Below, one piece after another: positions 27,603-34,266 of a stretch of DNA of 64,000 nucleotides. This DNA comes from Bdellovibrionia bacterium (lineage in GTDB: Bacteria > Bdellovibrionota > Bdellovibrionia > Bdellovibrionales > JAUICD01). Every line of letters begins with the position of its first letter. Position 1 is the first letter of the stretch. A model generated the notes under the pieces. That model worked only from the letters and a program-made list of their open reading frames with translations. It did no database searches and was not told where the DNA came from. The DNA is taken from NCBI GenBank assembly GCA_030427965.1, contig JAUICD010000009.1:10551-74550 (forward strand). Direction: 5' to 3'. The translations under genes and the position numbers were made by a program.

Positions 27603-28103
27603 ATGAAAAAATATATTTATTTTACTTTTTTACTTTTTATGGGTCCGTATGAAACGGCACAGTCAGATACGGTTTGTAATTTCGGAAAAACTCAAATTAA
27701 AATCCATCACGACAGCACAAACATATATCTAGAGGTGGCCGACAAGGGAGGAGAACCCATAGTTGATAAGACAAACTTCGTGAGCATTCGGTATGCAAAA
27801 AAAATTCAACTTACCTTACCTCGCAGAAGTTGCTCGTTTGGAAGTAGAGATCATTTCATAGGATGCTCCTATAGGACAGACATACAAATGCTCGTTGAGG
27901 ACTACAGTGGAAATATTTTTAACAACACGACTACCGGAGCCATTTTTAGTACTAGATTTAAATCGAAATCTTCCACAAGAACTAATTATAGCTTATATAG
28001 ACTAGACTATGAAGGCTATAGCAGTGAACATGGCAAGCTCTGGTGGCGGTCCTTATTTGAAACTACGCCCACGCAGCTTGAAAGAGCCTGCAAAACCAAA
28101 TAA
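27603..28103 (+). CDS. Small exported Cys-containing protein, paralog B
   Basis: 166 aa with a signal peptide. ...TVCNFG...RRSCSFGSRDHFIGCSY...QLERACKTK parallels paralog A (...TTCTFE...LSHCEFGPKEYIVYCGT...ELDKACVQN). Confidence 0.7.
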   Translation: MKKYIYFTFLLFMGPYETAQSDTVCNFGKTQIKIHHDSTNIYLEVADKGGEPIVDKTNFVSIRYAKKIQLTLPRRSCSFGSRDHFIGCSYRTDIQMLVEDYSGNIFNNTTTGAIFSTRFKSKSSTRTNYSLYRLDYEGYSSEHGKLWWRSLFETTPTQLERACKTK

Positions 28104-28392
28104 TAGATTATCTTTCAATCTCTTGGGGTTCTTTTCTTTCAAAAGTTGAATGTTTTGAAGCTTCCATTTGATTGCAGGTGGGTGGCCAAATTTTAGGGGA
28201 AACAAAGCTCAATCAGATCTATGCCTCAAATTAAGACGCTATTTCCGCCATATTTGAAGTGGCGGAAACTATATGTTTCTAGCCATTTTTTCATAAGGTC
28301 TTCTTCTCATCCCAGCAGCAAGGAGGATTAGGAAAATATGGCTAGAAACTTTGTCTAGGTGGAGGAAGTGCCTATGAATTTTGATTTAAAAA

Positions 28393-28524
28393 CTAGGAGG
28401 CTTTGCCTTTCTTTTGAGGTTCAATAGAAACTTTTAATCCAAGGGCTGTCAAAAGAGAGCTTAGAGTTGAAAAACGAGGATTACCGGTTTGAAAGTTATG
28501 AAATGTCTTTACAGATAGTGCCGT
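28393..28524 (-). pseudogene. Relic C-terminal fragment of an HTH antitoxin (addiction-module antidote type)
   Basis: The minus-strand frame reads TALSVKTFHNFQTGNPRFSTLSSLLTALGLKVSIEPQKKGKAS*. The ..GNP...TL..+L.ALGLK+.+.P motif is that of the antitoxin family encoded intact at 28774-29106. There is an in-frame stop immediately upstream and no N-terminal part. Confidence 0.5.
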
Positions 28525-28539
28525 TTATGGCACTATCTG
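28512..28539. promoter_or_regulatory. Perfect 11-bp inverted repeat (putative TA operator)
   Basis: CAGATAGTGCC-GTTTAT-GGCACTATCTG, ending 5 nt before the GTG start of the toxin ORF. Confidence 0.5.
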
Positions 28540-28543
28540 GGGT

Positions 28544-28847
28544 GTGAAAATCATCTCCACCCCTGAGTTCAACAGCTGGTATGAAAAGGTCGCCTTAAGG
28601 GAGCAGGCTCAAATTGATGCCCGAATTTCCCGGATTGAGGAGAGCGAGTATTTTGGTGATTGGAAGTACTTAGGTGAGGGGCTAGCGGAGCTGAGGTGGA
28701 AGAGTGGCCGGAGAGTCTATTTTCACGAAACATGAAGGCCGAGTCGTTTTGTTATTAATTGGAGGTTATAAAAATGCCCAGAAAAAAGACATTAAAAAGG
28801 CGAGACTTCTCCTTCGACGATATGCCGAGTTTGAAGGCGAAAAATAA
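28544..28847 (+). pseudogene. RelE/ParE-superfamily 'addiction module killer' toxin, disrupted by a +1 frameshift
   Basis: The N-terminal 62 aa (…ARISRIEESEYFGDWKYLGEGLAELRWKSGRRVYFHE) stop at TGA 28733-28735. The family C-terminus EGRVVLLLIGGYKNAQKKDIKKARLLLRRYAEFEGEK* continues in the next frame from 28731 to TAA 28845-28847. Confidence 0.7.
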
Positions 28848-29106
28848 AAGTGAGCTGAAGTCTTTTGGTGCATCCAAGAGAATCAGCAATAAAAAGTACG
28901 TCTCTCAGGCTCTTTGGGAGTGCCTGGTGGCCAATGATACAGAAGGCTTTAAAGAGATCCTTCGGGCTCATCTGGAATTGATCAACAAAGATGAGTTTGC
29001 TGAAGAAGCCGGCATTTCTCGTAGAACACTTTTTAGAATGTTGTCAGAGGATGGAAACCCAACCCTCGACAATATCTCAAAGATCATCCACAAGTTATGC
29101 GCGTAG
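28774..29106 (+). CDS. HTH antitoxin (addiction-module antidote type)
   Basis: ...FAEEAGISRRTLFRMLSEDGNPTLDNISKIIHKL matches the HTH plus GNP motif of this family. The ATG at 28774 follows GGAGG. An alternative ATG at 28822 would fit a classical short overlap with an intact toxin. Confidence 0.75.
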   Translation: MPRKKTLKRRDFSFDDMPSLKAKNKSELKSFGASKRISNKKYVSQALWECLVANDTEGFKEILRAHLELINKDEFAEEAGISRRTLFRMLSEDGNPTLDNISKIIHKLCA

Positions 29107-29226
29107 CTGGTAGCAAGCGTGGTAGCATTTGGTAGCGAAACCTTGAAATCTGCTGAATGATGGTGAAATGTCAGTTGCGTGAACCCTAGACGGATCCTGT
29201 GGTTTTAAATACTTAACGTTGTTTGT

Positions 29227-29271
29227 AAAAATCGTTTTTGCTCTTTTGGGAATCCGAAAATTGGATGGGGT
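29227..29271. repeat. 45-bp direct repeat, distal copy (att-like)
   Basis: AAAAATCGTTTTTGCTCTTTTGGGAATCCGAAAATTGGATGGGGT is identical to 31618-31662. Confidence 0.9.
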
Positions 29272-29346
29272 AACGGGAGTTGAAACATCTAGAAAACCCT
29301 AGAAACTCCATTAAATCGATTATAATGGACTTAGGACAAAAAAATC

Positions 29347-29362
29347 TTGTGTAATTACACAA
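29347..29362. promoter_or_regulatory. 16-bp perfect palindrome (putative operator of second TA-like pair)
   Basis: TTGTGTAATTACACAA, 22 nt upstream of the ATG at 29385. Confidence 0.45.
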
Positions 29363-29384
29363 TTTCAGATAAAGTGGTTTTTGA

Positions 29385-29675
29385 ATGCATCGACGAGAAT
29401 ACCAGCTAGAACTGACCATCAACGGTCGCAAAATTGACAGGGTCATTATTGATTCTCATTACGAAGAGAGGCACGGTGACTCGATCAATGACGAATTGAT
29501 TTTAAGACTTGTTAAACAGCTTGATGGGAAACGGTTTGAACCTGAAAAGGAATTGGGACCTTACGAATATTTTGCGACTGATAAATTGGCATTGGACGAT
29601 AAGTACTACAAATTAGTTTGGCTTTTAGAAAAAGAAAAAATGTATGTTGGTGTCGTAAACGCCTATAGGAGATAG
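29385..29675 (+). CDS. Small protein upstream of an XRE antitoxin-like gene; candidate toxin of unrecognised family
   Basis: 96 aa, separated by 5 nt from the following HTH gene. The size and arrangement are typical of type II TA modules. No toxin family recognised. Confidence 0.5.
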   Translation: MHRREYQLELTINGRKIDRVIIDSHYEERHGDSINDELILRLVKQLDGKRFEPEKELGPYEYFATDKLALDDKYYKLVWLLEKEKMYVGVVNAYRR

Positions 29676-29680
29676 AATTA

Positions 29681-29989
29681 ATGGGATTTCCTAATGAAAA
29701 AGAATTAGAGAAAATAAGAAAAGAATCAGAACAGTGGGAGGGTTCTCTTGCTCTCAATTCCGATGCCACACCCTTAGAAAAATTTCGCTTTCAAATTTGT
29801 CAGGAGCTTTTATTGTATAAGCAAAAAAATAATTTAAAAAACATTGCGCTTGCAGAAAAACTGGAAATGCCTGAGGCTGATTTGAGCCGAATTCTTCGAC
29901 ATCGTATCGAAGGTATTAGTACGGATCGATTGCTGGGTTTGCTGAATAAAATCAATCCCAACCACGAAATTCATTTAAGAGTTTCTTAG
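29681..29989 (+). CDS. XRE-family HTH protein (HTH_37-like antitoxin)
   Basis: 102 aa. ...NLKNIALAEKLEMPEADLSRILRHRIEGISTDRLLGLLNKINPNHEIHLRVS shows an HTH followed by the 'fS.D.LL..L..L...v.i.v' tail typical of this antitoxin type. Confidence 0.7.
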   Translation: MGFPNEKELEKIRKESEQWEGSLALNSDATPLEKFRFQICQELLLYKQKNNLKNIALAEKLEMPEADLSRILRHRIEGISTDRLLGLLNKINPNHEIHLRVS

Positions 29990-30065
29990 AATAAAACTGC
30001 AATGACCGAAACTCCATTTAGGACTTTCGATAATCTATTTTGACCTAGCCTTGTAGTTGTAAATA

Positions 30066-31589
30066 TTGGGACTTAAAACAGCTATATTGGCAGTGATTTT
30101 TGCCTTCCTATGGTCCTCTGTTGGAGTTATTCGGTATCTGCGTTTTGAAAGTGCATCACACGATCTTGGCTTGTTCACAAATGTAATGTGGAATTTAACA
30201 AATGGACATGGTCATATTAGCTCTATTCTCAACGGCATTAATCTCTTTCTAGACCACCAAGATCCTATTTTGTGGATCATAGCTCCTCTTTTTAAAATTT
30301 TTCCATCTCCTATAACGCTTTTGATCTTGCAAGGGAGCTCCCTTGCTTTAGCTGGGCCAGCTCTTTATTTTGTAGCCAGGCAGTATCTTGGCTCTAGGCA
30401 TTGGTTCATATACATGTTGCCACTCTTGTATTGGAATTATCTTCTGATCCGAAATGCCAATGCCTTTGAGTTCCATCCAATTAAATTTTTGCCCTTCTTT
30501 TTTCTCTGGGGCATTGCCGGCGCTCAAAGTCAGTCTCACACCAAAAGAGTTTTAGGTATTATATCTTTACTACTCTGTTTAACCGTTAAGGAATCTGTCG
30601 GCCCATTATTAGTTGCTTTGTCTTTAGCTTGGCTGTTAGGGGCTGGTCCTAAATCATCTAGAGCTTTTACAAAAAGACTTTCACTTTACTTGATCCCTTT
30701 AAGTATAACGGTCTTCATATTTAATCTTTTCATAATCCCTAAGATTATTGGTGGTGAATATAGGCACTTTTCAGCTTATGACCATATTGGAGGTACGCTA
30801 TATGATATTCTACTTTATCCTCTAACAAACCCAATGGGCTTCTTTGAACAAGTTTTTACTATGAATCGCTTGAAGTTTTTAATATGGTTACTAGCTCCAT
30901 TAAGTTTTATCCCACTAATTAATTGGAGAGGGGCTTTAGTTTCGTTACCACCCCTTCTAATGCTGTTTCTGCAAAATTGGGACAATCGATTTAGGCCCGA
31001 ATTCTATTACGGCATTGAACCATGCCTCGGGCTCTTCTACGCTTTCCCTTTGGCTGTTTTAAGTATAGAAAAATTTATGTTAAAGTGGAAGATTAAAAAG
31101 GCTGTCTTGGCAGGCCTGATTATAATTGGAACTGTAGTCTTTGGAAGTCACAGCGAAATCTATCGCTTTAGTCTTTATCAAACATTGCAACATCATAGTT
31201 GGCTTAAAAAACACCTTGTACCTTCTGTTAATCCGAGTTCAACTCTATCAACCACAGCCCATTTAGCTCCAAGCTTTTCAACAAGATATTGGATTAAAAA
31301 TATCCCTGACCTAAAAACACAAAGTGGATATGTTGATTGTATTATACATGACTCAGCCCTCAACAACTGGCCTATCAAAAAACTTAAAGATCAAAAGAAA
31401 TTCATATCGAATCTTTCTAACCTTGGATATTCACTCATATACTCTTGTGATTCCGTTCGTATATTCAAGAAAGAAAATATAGCTGACAATGCATGTCTTT
31501 TGTATCAACCAAAGTGTATTGATTACTCTACTCCTTTCCATTGGACAACATCCACTGAAGGTTATGAGGAGGGAGGTAAAAACAAGTAA
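30066..31589 (+). CDS. Polytopic membrane protein, DUF2079-like (GT-C-like)
   Basis: 507 aa with a TTG start. The N-terminal ...RFESASHDLGLFTNVMWNLTNGHG... resembles the DUF2079 signature (recalled). Many TM helices plus a C-terminal soluble part. Confidence 0.65.
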   Translation: MGLKTAILAVIFAFLWSSVGVIRYLRFESASHDLGLFTNVMWNLTNGHGHISSILNGINLFLDHQDPILWIIAPLFKIFPSPITLLILQGSSLALAGPALYFVARQYLGSRHWFIYMLPLLYWNYLLIRNANAFEFHPIKFLPFFFLWGIAGAQSQSHTKRVLGIISLLLCLTVKESVGPLLVALSLAWLLGAGPKSSRAFTKRLSLYLIPLSITVFIFNLFIIPKIIGGEYRHFSAYDHIGGTLYDILLYPLTNPMGFFEQVFTMNRLKFLIWLLAPLSFIPLINWRGALVSLPPLLMLFLQNWDNRFRPEFYYGIEPCLGLFYAFPLAVLSIEKFMLKWKIKKAVLAGLIIIGTVVFGSHSEIYRFSLYQTLQHHSWLKKHLVPSVNPSSTLSTTAHLAPSFSTRYWIKNIPDLKTQSGYVDCIIHDSALNNWPIKKLKDQKKFISNLSNLGYSLIYSCDSVRIFKKENIADNACLLYQPKCIDYSTPFHWTTSTEGYEEGGKNK

Positions 31590-31617
31590 ATTTGAATTGA
31601 AGCGGTAAAATTTCGTG

Positions 31618-31662
31618 AAAAATCGTTTTTGCTCTTTTGGGAATCCGAAAATTGGATGGGGT
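31618..31662. repeat. 45-bp direct repeat, tRNA-proximal copy (att-like)
   Basis: Identical to 29227-29271. It covers the last 6 nt of the tRNA-Gln acceptor stem, the discriminator and CCA, plus 35 nt of 3' flank. Confidence 0.9.
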
Positions 31663-31727
31663 GGCAGGGTTCGAACCTGCGAATGACGGGATCAAAACCC
31701 GTTGCCTTACCACTTGGCTACACCCCA
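31653..31727 (-). tRNA. tRNA-Gln (anticodon UUG), CCA encoded
   Basis: The minus strand reads TGGGGTGTAGCCAAGTGGTAAGGCAACGGGTTTTGATCCCGTCATTCGCAGGTTCGAACCCTGCCACCCCATCCA. It folds by hand into a cloverleaf: 7-bp acceptor stem, anticodon stem ACGGG/CCCGT, loop TTTTGAT, and T arm GCAGG-TTCGAAC-CCTGC. Confidence 0.93.
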
Positions 31728-31801
31728 ATCAGTATAGAAGTGGGCGCCAGATTCTAGCCAAACGGTCTTCAAATCAAGATTTGATAACTTGCGTTAAGGT
31801 C

Positions 31802-32098
31802 TTAAGATTGCTGAGTCTTCAGTGATTCAAGGGATTCACCCATGGATTTGATCTCTTCCTCATAGGCATCAAAGATCTGTTGCTCCATGATTTCACGTGT
31901 TTTCTGATCAAGTGGGTGAGCAATATCCCGGAATTGGCCATCTTTGCGTTTTTTGCTTGGCATGGCCACAAATAGGCCTGTGTTTCCCATAATGATCTTG
32001 AGATCACGGACTACGAAGCAATCATCGAGCGTAATTGTGACATACGCCTTCAATCGATCTTCGTTGACCGGGAAAACTTTTACTTCAGTGAGTTTCAT
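31802..32098 (-). CDS. spoVG: Septation protein SpoVG
   Basis: From the ATG at 32098 (SD AAGGGGAG): MKLTEVKVFPVNEDRLKAYVTITLDDCFVVRDLKIIMGNTGLFVAMPSKKRKDGQFRDIAHPL... is canonical SpoVG. The longer track ORF is an artefactual extension. Confidence 0.93.
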   Translation of the reverse strand: MKLTEVKVFPVNEDRLKAYVTITLDDCFVVRDLKIIMGNTGLFVAMPSKKRKDGQFRDIAHPLDQKTREIMEQQIFDAYEEEIKSMGESLESLKTQQS

Positions 32099-32195
32099 AT
32101 GACTCCCCTTGATGTCATTCGTAGCTGTACGAGATACTAAACGGAAGTCTGGGTCTTTAACTTGAGTAAATTTTGTAGATTTTAAAGAAAGTGAA

Positions 32196-32849
32196 TCAAA
32201 ATGATTCACTTTCTTTATCTCCTGAGCAAAGCTCTTCCTTATCAAAATAGCTCCACTCACTTTGACATGGAAAGTAGTTCTCTAGTGCCCACTTGGAATT
32301 TTGGTAAATATTTTTGATAAAATAGCTTTTTGCAGGTTTGGCCCATCTCAGATGTTTGTACTTGAGTGTGAGTTGCTCAAGTCCATCTTCTTGATCACCA
32401 TCCATCTGATCTATGACCCACATAGCTGCAGCCTCTCCTGTACGATCTGCACCAGCTTGGCAGTGGATAAGTATCGGACGTTCTGCAGTTTCAAAAAGTT
32501 CAATCAATTTTAGAAGATCTTTACGAAGAGGCAGGCGACTTGCCCTCATTTGAATATTCTCTAAAGTGATTCCGGTTTTTTGTACAACTTCAACCTCTTT
32601 TTGATACCACTCAGATGAGCTCTCTCCTCTAAGGTTGATTATAGTCTTAATGTCTTTTTTTTGAATGAGATTCTCTAGAGCATTTGGTTTTAAGGTGGCA
32701 GATCGATAAAGCTGTCCCTCCTCTACAGTGTGTATGTTTTGCCAAGGAGGGTAGTCTGCATTTGTTTCTTCAGGGTTCCAGTTTTGATTTTCATAAGAGT
32801 GGCTCCCAAGCGAAAAAAACATGAGATAGGCCGTCAAAAGATATTTCAT
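32196..32849 (-). CDS. Exported CX5R protein tyrosine/dual-specificity phosphatase
   Basis: 217 aa with a signal peptide. Active-site motif is IHCQAGADRTGE (HCX5R). Confidence 0.8.
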   Translation of the reverse strand: MKYLLTAYLMFFSLGSHSYENQNWNPEETNADYPPWQNIHTVEEGQLYRSATLKPNALENLIQKKDIKTIINLRGESSSEWYQKEVEVVQKTGITLENIQMRASRLPLRKDLLKLIELFETAERPILIHCQAGADRTGEAAAMWVIDQMDGDQEDGLEQLTLKYKHLRWAKPAKSYFIKNIYQNSKWALENYFPCQSEWSYFDKEELCSGDKESESF

Positions 32850-32999
32850 AAATCCCCCAATTCAAATTACTTCAATTTTGAATCAGGTTTTTTGGCGGCG
32901 CGAGTCCAGTTCTATATTCTTATAGAAAACAAACGAAGAAGGTTTCGTTTGTTTGAGATGATTTACGGTAACATAATTGTTTGGTTTAAACCTGTGTTC

Positions 33000-33563
33000 C
33001 TATAAGGCCTTAAGTATATCTTCATTTTTTAAACGAACTTTGTAGTTGGGGTCGTGATGTGAAAACTTTATTTTCAAATCTCGATCAACCACAAAAACGG
33101 CAGGATGAGGGAGTTTGTGATGTTTTTCACCCGAGGATTTTTCTAGATCAATTCCATAGCCTTTGTATTTATCAAGAGTTCCTTTATCGACTTCAAATGA
33201 AAGCCCAAAAGCATCTGCAGCCTGGCTTTTTGAATCTGAAAGCAACGTATAGGTGATCTTATTTTTTTCGATAGATTTTTTTAATTCTTCTGGGCGATCT
33301 GGGGAAATTGCCACAATTCTATAGCCACGTTTTTTGACGTCATCTCCAATTTTCTTAAGATCTTTTAGATGAAGATTGCAGTACGGACACCACCCACCTC
33401 TGTAGAAAATCAAGACTGTGGGCTTTGTTTTTAAGAAGTCTCTGAAGTCGTGGGTTTTTCCATCCGTTGTTCTGATGTTGACTTTTGGAACTGTATCTCC
33501 AACTTTTAAAACTTGGTTAGATGCAAACGAAAATACCAATGTAGCAAAAAGTAGATGAATCAT
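33000..33563 (-). CDS. Exported thioredoxin-fold redoxin (AhpC/TSA-like)
   Basis: 187 aa with a signal peptide. Contains FYRGGWCPYCNLHL (CxxC). Confidence 0.8.
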   Translation of the reverse strand: MIHLLFATLVFSFASNQVLKVGDTVPKVNIRTTDGKTHDFRDFLKTKPTVLIFYRGGWCPYCNLHLKDLKKIGDDVKKRGYRIVAISPDRPEELKKSIEKNKITYTLLSDSKSQAADAFGLSFEVDKGTLDKYKGYGIDLEKSSGEKHHKLPHPAVFVVDRDLKIKFSHHDPNYKVRLKNEDILKAL

Positions 33564-33688
33564 AAATCCTCCAGAGAGGAAGAGTAGAGAGATCTGTCTA
33601 AGGTGACAACTTATAACTCGCTAAGCTGAACAAACTATTTTAAACTCAACCCGAACTTCTTGTCAGCGAGGTGGATTGCCAACAGGCT

Positions 33689-34174
33689 CTAGTCTCTCCT
33701 GCCCTTTGATTGACTTGGCTGATGAGTGCTGCGGGAGCGTTCATCTTGAACGTGACAATAGGGGAGATCTTTGACGACAACTGAACTAGGAGAATGCTGG
33801 TCGATCTTCTTTTTTTCCATAAGCTTAAGCACAACGTTTGAGATTTTGTCTGTGCACGCTTTACCATTAATTGAAAAAGCGTATTCACACCAGCTTTGAT
33901 TAAGTCCTCCAACATGGGTTTCTCGGCTTCGAATGTTCCAGGGGCTTCGAAAGACAAGGCGATAACCTGTTTGACTAGGTAGGCAAGCTTCGAAAATCTT
34001 TCTGCACTCATCTACAAATCGATCTCTGCCAGATTCCAAAAGACTGATTTTTTCTCTAGAGAGTGCACAAATAGAATTTGCCAGTGTATTTGAATAGCGA
34101 GTTTGGAAATCATTTTCGGTAGCATTTGAGCTAAAAACCGATGTTCCAATAAGTAGGACTAGAAAAGCAAACAT
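33689..34174 (-). CDS. Hypothetical exported Cys-containing protein
   Basis: 161 aa with signal peptide MFAFLVLLIGTSVFSS. Preferred over the overlapping alternative-frame ORF 33646-34011, which has no signal peptide or start context. Confidence 0.55.
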   Translation of the reverse strand: MFAFLVLLIGTSVFSSNATENDFQTRYSNTLANSICALSREKISLLESGRDRFVDECRKIFEACLPSQTGYRLVFRSPWNIRSRETHVGGLNQSWCEYAFSINGKACTDKISNVVLKLMEKKKIDQHSPSSVVVKDLPYCHVQDERSRSTHQPSQSKGRRD

Positions 34175-34266
34175 ACCTCTAAATACTATATGATTTGCTC
34201 TATTTCATAAAGCCAAAATATCTCAACTGGATCTAGGGGGCTGTTCCGCTTGCAAAAGGTTAAGAT

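Noticed and set aside
29272-29300. Possible second (pseudo-)tRNA 3' half next to the distal 45-bp repeat
   Set aside because: Beyond the shared ACCCCA, the adjacent sequence (GATGTTTCAACTCCCGTT in tRNA orientation) matches the tRNA-Gln T arm at only about 60% of positions and cannot form a T stem. It is treated as an att-type partial duplication only.
32099-32260. 54-codon N-terminal extension of the SpoVG ORF
   Set aside because: Canonical SpoVG starts at MKLTEVKVFP, with a strong SD before the ATG at 32098. The extension would overlap the phosphatase gene's 3' end.
33646-34011. Alternative-frame 121-aa ORF overlapping the 33689-34174 gene
   Set aside because: It has no signal peptide, SD or recognisable motif. 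The overlapping frame has a clean signal peptide and is preferred. Neither has family support.
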